From positions 900,001 through 932,000 of the forward strand of contig OZ245768.1 of NCBI GenBank assembly GCA_965227835.1: a stretch of DNA of 32,000 nt, given 5' to 3'. The stretch is from Candidatus Saccharimonadota bacterium (GTDB lineage: Bacteria; Patescibacteriota; Gracilibacteria; BD1-5; UBA6164). Position numbers and translations under genes: made by a program. Position 1 is the first letter of the stretch. Every line of letters starts with the position of its first letter. Under the pieces are notes generated by a model, which had not been told where the DNA came from, made no database searches, and saw nothing but the letters and a program-made list of their open reading frames with translations. Shown one piece after another: positions 21,346 through 31,259 of the stretch.

Positions 21346-21744
21346 ATGAAAGCCACAGAAATAAACCAGAAAACGTATGTACATTTTCTATCTCCCGGAT
21401 CATTTTTCCCTGAAGAATCAGAGATAGAGGTGACTGATAGAGATGTAGATACATTGGAAATCCCTAATGGCTGTTTCGCATTTAACTTTTTTGATATTGT
21501 CGAGGTTACATGTCAAGATGATATGGGGAAAGTGATTAAAACACATAGCAATCCCCTCAATGAATCTTCTAGGTATTATGTAAATGGTACAATTATGACT
21601 AAGGAAGAAATTGGTACTCAGGAAGGTTTTGATTCAATACTTTTTCGTAATATGGAATCAAACGGTTGGGAAGAAATTGTAAAGTGCAAGACTGGTAACT
21701 TCCAGCCATTTAATGAAGGTGATAGTATTGTTGTTAGAAAATAA
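21346..21744 (+). CDS. hypothetical protein (132 aa), compositional outlier without TGA codons
   Basis: Intact ORF in the standard-code track. SD AAAGGAG. All nine Gly are GGN. Locally higher G+C. No family recognised. Confidence 0.8.
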   Translation: MKATEINQKTYVHFLSPGSFFPEESEIEVTDRDVDTLEIPNGCFAFNFFDIVEVTCQDDMGKVIKTHSNPLNESSRYYVNGTIMTKEEIGTQEGFDSILFRNMESNGWEEIVKCKTGNFQPFNEGDSIVVRK

Positions 21745-21765
21745 CAATTGCTAAAACCTCGTTGT

Positions 21766-21800
21766 TAGCCCTCTCTCTATAATGTGAGAGGGCTATTTTA
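21766..21800 (+). terminator. rho-independent terminator
   Basis: TAGCCCTCTC (21766-21775) pairs with GAGAGGGCTA (21786-21795), followed by a T-rich tail. Confidence 0.7.
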
Positions 21801-21877
21801 TAATAAATAAATTTTATCTCTCAAATAATAAATCTAAACTAAAAAATAAAACTAAGTTTAGCTGTTTCACAAAAAGT

Positions 21878-21905
21878 TTGACTTATATTATAAAATTATT
21901 ATAAA
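21878..21905 (+). promoter_or_regulatory. candidate promoter of the LRR-like array (TTGACT-N16-TATAAA)
   Basis: TTGACT at 21878-21883 and TATAAA at 21900-21905. Confidence 0.35.
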
Positions 21906-22703
21906 TACAATTAAAAAGTTATGTAAAAAATAATATTTTTAAATGGCAATAAATTTTATAAATAAAAAAATATGGAAAATAATAGCTTAAATATAAAGGA
22001 AAGAAACCTACTACCTAAAGATAGATTAAAAACTATTCTAAGTCATGAAGATTTCAGGGATTATGAAAGAATGTTTGAAGAATCAGAAGGTGTCATGTCT
22101 TGGCATAAATTGGAAAAATGTACTAAATTCTATAAAGATAGAAGATTGAAAGGTATAGAGTGGAAAGGAGACTTAAACTTAAAACGAAAAAACATAACAA
22201 ATTTAGAAAAATTAACAAAAGTTCAGGGAGATTTAGATTTAGAATGAACATCTATAACAAGCTTAGAAAATTTGAAAAAAGTTTGAGGAAATTTGAATTT
22301 GAGGTGAACATTTATAACAAAATTAGAAAATTTGGAAACAGTTTTATGACGGTTAAGTCTAGAATGAACACCTATATCAAGTTTATGAAAGCTGACAAAA
22401 GTTTTAGGGTCGTTGAATTTAAGATGAACTTCTTTAACAAATTTAGGAAATTTAGAAATAGTTTGAGATTTTATAGCTCTACACAGAGCATCCATAACAG
22501 ATTTATGAAAGCTAAAAGAAGTTAGAGGAGACTTAAATTTAAACTATACAAAAATAAAAAGCTTAGGAAATGTAACAAAAATCCAAGGGAAACTAATTTT
22601 AAGTTTAAGTTATATAAAAGATTTATGAAAATTAAAAAAAATTTGAGGAAATTTAGATTTAAGATGAATAAACAGAAGGGATGTAGAAAATATGATAAAG
22701 GAA

Positions 22704-23321
22704 GTAAATATCTACCAGTAGAACTGGTAGCTTTAAATGGAAGCCCCTAGAAGGGGCTAAAATAGTTTTTACCAGTTTAAATCTAACTGATTTCCATCAA
22801 TGGTTTTATCCTTATGTTGCTGATGTTGAACATAATTTTTTATCATATCCAAGTCAAGTCAAACTGTACTTACATAGTATCATCTACTCCAGAAATTCTT
22901 CGAGTACAGTCATTTCTTCTTACTATGTTTGTTATGAAGTATTATTGCACTCTTTCATTTCAATCTTCACAGAATTTCTGCAACAGAGTATTTTGGAGAT
23001 ATCCTCAAAACGAGATGAACATGATCTATCGTTATATTTCATTTTAATATCTCAAAATCATATCTCTTTGCAAGTTCATGAAATGTGTCTCGTATATCTT
23101 TTCTAACTGATTGAAAAAGTATTTTTTTTCGGTACTTTGGTACCACCACTATGTGGTAAGTGCAGTCCCAATTCACATGGGACTGCTTTGCGTATTTGTG
23201 GGACATATCTTTAAAAAGTTATTCCCCTCCTAGGTGCTTCCTAGAAGATTATACACAACTACCGGAACGGTAAAACCTCCACTACTCGCACCAGCAGAGC
23301 TGGTGGTTTAGTGTTGGATTA
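22704..23321 (-). mobile_element. IS200/IS605-family element (tnpA only), copy 1
   Basis: By eye the 618 bp match copy 2, and the shared antisense track ORFs are identical. No terminal inverted repeats and no target duplication. Subterminal hairpins CTACCAGTAGAACTGGTAG, AGCCCCTAGAAGGGGCT and CACCAGCAGAGCTGGTG. Confidence 0.9.
22769..23206 (-). CDS. tnpA: IS200-type Y1 (HUH) transposase (145 aa)
   Basis: YHIVVVPKYRKKIL, DHVHLVL (HUH), LKGKSA and FWSRGYYVSTVG (catalytic Tyr). Five in-frame TGA fall at Gly positions. Confidence 0.92.
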
Positions 23322-23813
23322 ATTAAAGATAAAAAAATATATATATGAGGTGAAATTAATTATGATTGAAAAGACATTTATCAAGAATTTTCAACTTTCT
23401 TTAAATACTTGTGAAAATTTGATGATCTAAATTTAGATAATTCAAAAATAGAGGAAAGTAAAGAAAAATTTATCAAAAAATACTGAACTAGTAAAACGAA
23501 AAGATCAGATTCAGTTAAAAAAGATTTAAATTTAACTGCAAACATACTTTATTACTTTTTTGTTGATAATTTTATAAAAGAATGAGATAAAATTAAAAAA
23601 AGAATAAATAAGTTAAAGAAAAGTAATAAAGATGAAGAAAGTATAAAAAAAGAAAAATTAAATTTAAAGTTAGCATTATATAATAAGCTAGAAGAAAAAT
23701 TTAATGAAATAAAGTATTACTTTTGAGAAGATATTAAAAAAAGATTAGAAGATGAATTTAAAAAGGAAATGACAAAGAATAGTGATGATAATTAAATTTT
23801 TATTTAAAAAATA

Positions 23814-25142
23814 ATGGTAGATAAAAACAACATTTTCAAAGAAAATTTAACTCCTAAAGATAGATTAAAAACTATTCTAAGTCATGAAGATTTCAAGGAT
23901 TATGAAAGAATGGTTGAAGAATCTTACGGTAAAATATCTTGGGAGAAATTGGAAGAATATAGTGAATTTGATGAAAATCAAAACTTGAAAGGTATATATT
24001 GGAAAGGTGATTTAGATTTAAGTTCAACTAAAATCACAAGCCTAGGTAATTTAAATAAAGTTTGAGGAGATTTAGATTTAAGATGGGTTCCTATAACAAG
24101 CTTAGGTAGTTTAAATAAAATTTGAGGAAATTTAAATTTAATATGAACTCCTATAAAAAGCTTAAGCAATTTAAATGAAGTTTGAGGAGATTTATATTTA
24201 TATTGAACTCCTTTAACAAGCCTAAGTAATTTAAATGAAGTTTGAGGAGATTTAAATTTAAGATTAACTCCTATAACAAATTTAGGAGAATTACAAAAAG
24301 TTTGAGGAAGTTTAGGGTTAAGATGAACCCCTTTAACAAGCCTAAGTAATTTAAATGAAGTTTGAGGAGATTTATATTTAAGCTGAACTTCTATAACAAA
24401 TTTAGGAGAATTACAAAAAGTTTGAGGAGAATTACATTTAAGCTGAACTCCTTTAATAAGCCTAAGTAATTTAAATGAAGTTTGAGGAGATTTATACTTA
24501 GGCTGAACTTCTATAACAAATTTAGGAGAATTAAGGAAAGTTTGAGGAGATTTAGATTTAAGCTGAACTCCTTTAATAAGCCTAAGTAATTTAAATGAAG
24601 TTTGAGGAGATTTATATTTAATATGATTATCTAAAAAAAATATAAGAAATATAAAAAAAGAAATAAGAAATAAAAAAATACATATATGAAAAGAAATTAT
24701 ATGCTATGATAGGAGTAATATTTATCAAGAATTTTCAATTTTCTTTGACTACTTGTGAGAATTTAATGATGATGAAAATTTAGATAATTCAAAAATAGAA
24801 GAAAGTAAAGAAAAATTTATCGAAAAATACTGATACGGTAGTGCTAAAAGATCAGATTCAGTTAAAAAAGATTTAAACTTAATTGCAAATATATTTTACT
24901 ATTTTATTGTTGATAACTTCATAGAAGAATGAGAAAAAATTAAAAAAATAATAAAAGAATTAAAAAAAAGTAATAAAAATGAAAAAAGTATAAAAGAAGA
25001 AAAATTAAATTTAAGGTTAAAATTACATAATAAGCTAGAAGAAAAATTTAATGAAATAAGGCATTACTTTTGAGAAGATATTAAAAAAAGATTAGAAGAT
25101 GAATTTAAAAAGGAAATGACAAAGAATAGTGATGATAATTAA
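23814..25142 (+). CDS. LRR-like family paralogue 2 (442 aa; about 10 repeat units)
   Basis: MVDKNN... N-module (track ORF 23814..24065), followed in frame by 60-bp repeats and the C-module. Ends ..EFKKEMTKNSDDN-TAA. Confidence 0.85.
24006..24626 (+). repeat. 60-bp (20-codon) tandem coding repeat, about 10.3 units
   Basis: Exact 60-nt phasing. Unit consensus is G-[DNE]-L-x-L-x-G-T-[PS]-[IL]-[TI]-[SN]-L-[GS]-[NE]-L-x-[KE]-V-G, with the flanking Gly usually TGA. Confidence 0.9.
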
Positions 25143-25160
25143 ATTTTTATTTAAAAAATA

Positions 25161-26126
25161 ATGGTAGATAAAAATAACATTCTAGAAGAAGAATTAACAT
25201 CTAAAGATAGATTAAAAGAAATTTTAAGTCCTGAAGATTTCAAAGACTATGAAAGAATGATCGAAGAATCTAACGGTGAAATATCTTGGGAGAAATTAGA
25301 AAAATATAGTGAGTTTGATGAAAATCAAAACCTGATAGGGATATTTTGGGAGGATAATTTGGATTTAGATCAAACTGAAATAACAAGCTTGTGAAAGATA
25401 AAAGAAGTTTGAGGTTCTCTATGTTTAAGATTTACTAACATAATAAGCCTAGGAGATTTAGAAAAAGTTTGAAGATGGTTAAATTTAAGCTGAACCCCTA
25501 TAACAAACTTAGGAAATTTAAAAAAAGTCTGAGGATCTCTAAATTTATCTTTTACTAATCTAATAAGCTTAGGAAATTTAGAATATATTTGATTAAATTT
25601 AGATTTAAGATTAGTCCCAAAAAAAAATATAATAAATATAAGAAAAGAAATAAAAAATAAAAAAATACATATATGATGAGAAATCATATATGACTGAAAA
25701 TATATTTATGAAAAATTTTCAACTTTCTTTAACTACTTATGAGAATTTAATAATGATGAAAGTTTGGATAATTCGAAAATAGAGGAAAGTAAAAAAAAGT
25801 TTATAAATAAGTACTGATACGGTAGTGCTAAAAGATCAGATTCAGTTAAAAAAGATTTAAACTTAATTGCAAATATATTTTACTATTTTATTGTTGATAA
25901 CTTCATAGAAGAATGAGAAAAAATTAAAAAAATAATAAAAGAATTAAAAAAAAGTAATAAAAATGAAAAAAGTATAAAAGAAGAAAAATTAAATTTAAGG
26001 TTAACATTACATAATAAGCTAGAAGAAAAATTTAGTGAAATAAATAATTACTTTTGAGAAGATATTAAAAAAAGATTAGAAGATGAATTTAAAAAGGAAA
26101 TGGAAGGGTATGGTAACCATAAATAA
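25161..26126 (+). CDS. LRR-like family paralogue 3 (321 aa; about 4 units)
   Basis: Same three-module architecture. The C-module variant ends ..EFKKEMEGYGNHK-TAA. Confidence 0.85.
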
Positions 26127-26144
26127 TTTTTTATTTAAAAATTA

Positions 26145-28415
26145 ATGGTAAATAAAAATAACATTCTTGAAGAAAAATTAACACCTAAAGATAGACTAAG
26201 AATTATTCTAACTCCTGAAGATTTCAAGGACTATGAAAGAATGGTTGAAGAATCAGAAGGTATTATTTCTTGGGAGAAATTGGAAGAATATAGTGAGTTT
26301 GATGAAAATCAAAACTTGATAGGTATATATTGGAAAGGTGATTTAGATTTAAGTTCAACTAAAATCACAAGCCTAGGTAATTTAAATAAAGTTTGAGGAG
26401 ATTTAGATTTAAGATGGGTTCCTATAACAAGCTTAGGTAGTTTAAATAAAATTTGAGGAAATTTAAATTTAATATGAACTCCTATAAAAAGCTTAAGCAA
26501 TTTAAATGAAGTTTGAGGAGATTTAGATTTATATTGAACTCCTTTAACAAGCCTAAGTAATTTAAATGAAGTTTGAGGAGATTTAAATTTAAGATTAACT
26601 CCTATAACAAATTTAGGAGAATTACAAAAAGTTTGAGGAGATTTAGATTTATATTGAACACCTTTAACAAGCCTAAGTAATTTAAATGAAGTTTGAGGAG
26701 ATTTATATTTAAGCTGAACTTCTATAACAAATTTAGGAGAATTACAAAAAGTTTGAGGAGAATTACATTTAAGCTGAACTCCTTTAATAAGCCTAAGTAA
26801 TTTAAATGAAGTTTGAGGAAATTTACGTTTAAGTCAAACTCCAATAGAAAGCCTAGGAAATTTAAATAAAGTTTGAGGAAATTTAAAGTTAGGTCTAACT
26901 CCAATAGAAAGCCTAGGAAATTTAAATGAAGTTTGAGGAAATTTAGATTTAGATCAAACTGATATAACAAGCTTAGGAAATTTAAATAAAGTTTGAGGAA
27001 ATTTGAATTTAAGATGATTATCTAGAAAAAATATAATAAATATAAGAAAAGAAATAAGAAATAAAAAAATACATATATGAGGTGAAATTAATTACGATTG
27101 AGAAGATATTTATGAAGAATTTTCAACTTTCTTTGATTATTTATGAAAGTTTGATGATGATGCAAATTTAGATAATTCAAAAATAGAAAAAGAAAAACAG
27201 GAATTTATCAAAAAATACTGAACCAATAAAACGAAAAAATCAGATTCAGTAAAAAAAGATTTAAATTTAACTGCAAACATATTTTTTTACTTTTTGGTAG
27301 ATAATTTTATAGAAGAATGAGATAAAACTAAAAATCAGATAGAAGAATTAAAAAAAAGTAGTAAAGATAAAAAAAGTATAAAAAAAGAAAAACTAAATTT
27401 AAAGTTAGCATTAGATAATAAGATAGAAGAAAAATTTAGTGAAATAAGTCATTACTTTTGAGAAGAAATAAAAAAAAGATTAGAAGATGAATTTAAAAGA
27501 GAAATGATGATAGATAAAAATAATATTCCCGAAGAAAAGTTAACACCTAAAGATAGATTAAAGAAAATTCTAACTCCTGAAGATTTCAAAAATTATGAAA
27601 GAATGGTTAAAGAATCTTACGGTAGAATAACTTGGAGAAGATTAGAGGAATATAGTGAATTTGATGAAAATCAAAAGTTGAAAGGTATATATCGGAAAAA
27701 TAATTTCAATTTATATTGAATTAAAATAACAAGCTTAGGAAATTTAAAATATGTTTGAGGAGAGTTAAATTTAAGTTGGAGCTCTATAACAAGCTTAGGT
27801 AATTTAGAAGAAGTTTGAGAAGACTTATATTTAAGGTGAGTTCCTATAACAAGCTTAGGTAATTTAAAAAAAGTTTGAGGAGAGTTAAATTTAAAATTAG
27901 TACCAAGAAAAAATATAATAAATATAAGAAAAGAAATAAGAAATAAAAAAATACATATATGAAAAGAAATTATATGCTATGATAGGAGTAATATTTATCA
28001 AGAATTTTCAACTTTCTTTAACTACTTATGAGAATTTAATAATGATGAAAGTTTGGATAATTCGAAAATAGAGGAAAGTAAAAAAAAGTTTATAAATAAG
28101 TACTGATACGGTAGTGCTAAAAGATCAGATTCAGTTAAAAAAGATTTAAACTTAATTGCAAATATATTTTACTATTTTATTGTTGATAACTTCATAGAAG
28201 AATGAGAAAAAATTAAAAAAATAATAAAAGAATTAAAAAAAAGTAATAAAAATGAAAAAAGTATAAAAGAAGAAAAATTAAATTTAAGGTTAACATTACA
28301 TAATAAGCTAGAAGAAAAATTTAGTGAAATAAATAATTACTTTTGAGAAGATATTAAAAAAAGATTAGAAGATGAATTTAAAAAGGAAATGGAAGGGTAT
28401 GGTAACCATAAATAA
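26145..28415 (+). CDS. LRR-like family paralogues 4+5 fused in frame (756 aa)
   Basis: A complete paralogue (about 11 units plus C-module) runs without a stop into a second N-module at 27504 (..EFKREM-MIDKNN..). Both halves are in frame (26145 and 27504 are both 0 mod 3). Ends TAA 28413-28415. Confidence 0.7.
26337..27017 (+). repeat. 60-bp tandem coding repeat, about 11.3 units
   Basis: Same unit as 24006-24626. Confidence 0.9.
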
Positions 28416-28433
28416 TTTTTTATTTAAAAATTA

Positions 28434-29399
28434 ATGGTAAATAAAAATAACATTCTTGAAGAAAAATTAACACCTAAAGATAGACTAAAAGAAATTTTAA
28501 GTCCTGAAGATTTCAAGGATTATGAAAGAATGGTTGAAGAATCTAACAATAAGATATCTTGGGAAAAATTGGAAGAATATAGTGAATTTGACGAAAATTC
28601 AAATTTGAAAGGCATATATTGGATAGATGATTTAATTTTATATTCAACTTCAATAACAAGCTTAGGGAAATTTGAAGAAGTTTGAGGAAATTTATTTTTG
28701 TGTGAAACTCCAATAGAAAGCCTAGGAAATTTAAAATATGTTTGAGGAAATTTAGAATTAATATTAATTTCTATAACAAGTCTAGGAAATCTAAAGGAAG
28801 TTTGAGGAAGTTTAAATTTAGGTCAAACTCCTATAACAAGTCTAGGAAATCTAAAAGAAGTTTGAGGATTTTTAATTTTAAGATGAATATCAAGAAAAAA
28901 CATAATAAATATAAGAAAAGAAATAAGAAATAAAAAAATACATATATGAAATAAAATTATATATTATTGAGAAGGTATTTATGAAGAATTTTCAATTTTC
29001 TTTAACTACTTGTGAGAATTTAATGATGATTCAAATTTAGATAATTCAGAAATAGAAGAAGAAAAACAGGAATTTATCGAAAAATACTGATACGGTAGTG
29101 CTAAAAGATCAGATTCAGTAAAAAAAGACTTAAATTTAACTGCAAACATACTTTATTACTTTTTTGTTGATAATTTTATAAAAGAATGAGATAAAATTAA
29201 AAAAAGAATAAAGAAGCTAAAGAAAAGTAATAAAGATGAAGAAAGGATAAAAAAAGAAAAATTAAATTTAAAGTTAGCATTATATAATAAGCTAGAAGAA
29301 AAATTTAATGAAATAAATAATTACTTTTGAAGAGATATTAAAAAAAGATTAGAGGATGAATTTGAAAAGGAAATGGAAGGGTATGGTAACCATAAATAA
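28434..29399 (+). CDS. LRR-like family paralogue 6 (321 aa; about 4 units)
   Basis: Translated through by hand with no TAA/TAG until 29397-29399. Confidence 0.85.
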
Positions 29400-29417
29400 C
29401 TTTTTATTTAAAAATTA

Positions 29418-30665
29418 ATGGTAGATAAAAATAACATTCTTGAAGAAAAATTAACACCTAAAGATAAACTAAAAATTATTCTAAATCCTGAAGATTTCAA
29501 GGATTATGAAAGAATGGTTGAAGAATCAGAAGGTATTATTTCTTGGGAGAAATTGGAAGAATATAGTGAGTTTGATGAAAATCAAAACTTGAAAGGTATA
29601 TATTGGAAAGGTGATTTAGATTTAAGTTCAACTAAAATCACAAGCTTAGGTAAATTAAAATATGTTTGAGGAGATTTAGATTTAAGATGGGTTCCTATAA
29701 CAAGCTTAGGTAGTTTAAATAAAATTTGAGGAAATTTAAATTTAATATGAACTCCTATAAAAAGCTTAAGCAATTTAAATGAAGTTTGAGGAGATTTATA
29801 TTTATATTGAACTCCTTTAACAAGCCTAAGTAATTTAAATGAAGTTTGAGGAGATTTAAATTTAAGATTAACTCCTATAACAAATTTAGGAGAATTACAA
29901 AAAGTTTGAGGAAGTTTAGGGTTAAGATGAACCCCTTTAACAAGCCTAAGTAATTTAAATGAAGTTTGAGGAGAATTACATTTAAGCTGAACTCCTTTAA
30001 TAAGCCTAAGTAATTTAAATGAAGTTTGAGGAAATTTATACTTAGGCTGAACTTCTATAACAAATTTAGGAGAATTAAGGAAAGTTTGAGGAGATTTATA
30101 TTTAATATGATTATCTAAAAAAAATATAATAAATATAAGAAAAGAAATAAAAAATAAAAAAATACATATATGATGAGAAATCATATATGACTGAAAATAT
30201 ATTTATGAAAAATTTTCAATTTTCTTTGACTACTTGTGAGAATTTAATGATGATGAAAATTTAGATAATTCAAAAATAGAAAAAGAAAAACAGGAATTTA
30301 TCGAAAAATACTGATACAGTAGTGCTAAAAGATCAGATTCAGTTAAAAAAGATTTAAATTTAATTGCAAATATATTTTACTATTTTATTGTTGATAACTT
30401 CATAGAAGAATGAGAAAAAATTAAAAAAATAATAAAAGAATTAAAAAAAAGTAATAAAAATGAAAAAAGTATAAAAGAAGAAAAATTAAATTTAAGGTTA
30501 AAATTACATAATAAGCTAGAAGAAAAATTTAATGAAATAAATCATTACTTTTGAGAAGATATTAAAAAAAGATTAGAAGATGAATTTAAAATGGAAATGA
30601 CAAAGAATAGTGATGATAGTAAATATCTACCAGTAGAACTGGTAGCTTTAAATGGAAGCCCCTAG
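29418..30665 (+). CDS. LRR-like family paralogue 7 (415 aa; about 8 units), 3' end rewritten by IS insertion
   Basis: The family terminus ..SDDN-stop is replaced by ..SDD-SKYLPVELVALNGSP-TAG, which is read from IS sequence. Confidence 0.8.
29610..30110 (+). repeat. 60-bp tandem coding repeat, about 8.3 units
   Basis: Same unit as 24006-24626. It lacks exactly two units (120 bp) relative to paralogue 2. Confidence 0.9.
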
Positions 30666-31236
30666 AAGGGGCTAAAATAGTTTTTACCAGTTTAAATCTA
30701 ACTGATTTCCATCAATGGTTTTATCCTTATGTTGCTGATGTTGAACATAATTTTTTATCATATCCAAGTCAAGTCAAACTGTACTTACATAGTATCATCT
30801 ACTCCAGAAATTCTTCGAGTACAGTCATTTCTTCTTACTATGTTTGTTATGAAGTATTATTGCACTCTTTCATTTCAATCTTCACAGAATTTCTGCAACA
30901 GAGTATTTTGGAGATATCCTCAAAACGAGATGAACATGATCTATCGTTATATTTCATTTTAATATCTCAAAATCATATCTCTTTGCAAGTTCATGAAATG
31001 TGTCTCGTATATCTTTTCTAACTGATTGAAAAAGTATTTTTTTTCGGTACTTTGGTACCACCACTATGTGGTAAGTGCAGTCCCAATTCACATGGGACTG
31101 CTTTGCGTATTTGTGGGACATATCTTTAAAAAGTTATTCCCCTCCTAGGTGCTTCCTAGAAGATTATACACAACTACCGGAACGGTAAAACCTCCACTAC
31201 TCGCACCAGCAGAGCTGGTGGTTTAGTGTTGGATTA
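30619..31236 (-). mobile_element. IS200/IS605-family element, copy 2
   Basis: Offset of 7915 bp from copy 1 in the same orientation. Intact paralogue junctions (e.g. 25134-25150 GATGATA/ATTAAATTT) serve as the empty site. Confidence 0.9.
30684..31121 (-). CDS. tnpA: IS200-type Y1 transposase (145 aa), copy 2
   Basis: Same sequence as 22769..23206, shifted by 7915 bp. Confidence 0.92.
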
Positions 31237-31259
31237 ATTAAATTTTTATTTAAAAAATA

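Larger units (their letters stand above)
21972..23795 (+). pseudogene. LRR-like family paralogue 1, split by an IS200-type insertion
   Basis: The N-module and about 8 LRR units read through to 22703, then run into the IS and stop at TAG 22719-22721. The C-module resumes in the same frame at 23322 and ends TAA 23793-23795. The 618-bp insert falls exactly at a codon boundary. Confidence 0.8.

Noticed and set aside
23362-23430. SD-like GAGGTGA plus ATG at the start of the C-module, suggesting that the C-module is a separate gene
   Set aside because: That ATG is out of frame with the C-module, gives only about 22 codons, and is absent (ACG) in other paralogues. The LRR and C-modules are contiguous in frame in all intact copies.
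24006-30110. The strictly periodic 60-bp repeats as a CRISPR array or non-coding satellite
   Set aside because: There are no unique spacers, because the whole period is repeated. The periodicity is a multiple of three and stays in frame with the conserved N- and C-modules, and it translates to a leucine-rich LxxLxLxxT..L motif.
29582-30184. 200-aa minus-strand ORF (and its relatives 23978..24169, 25370..25687, 26309..26500, 26722..26970) as real genes
   Set aside because: These are antisense shadows of the LRR repeats. Their periodic sequence mirrors the sense repeat, they have no SD or conserved ends, and the sense strand gives a continuous three-module protein in eight paralogues.
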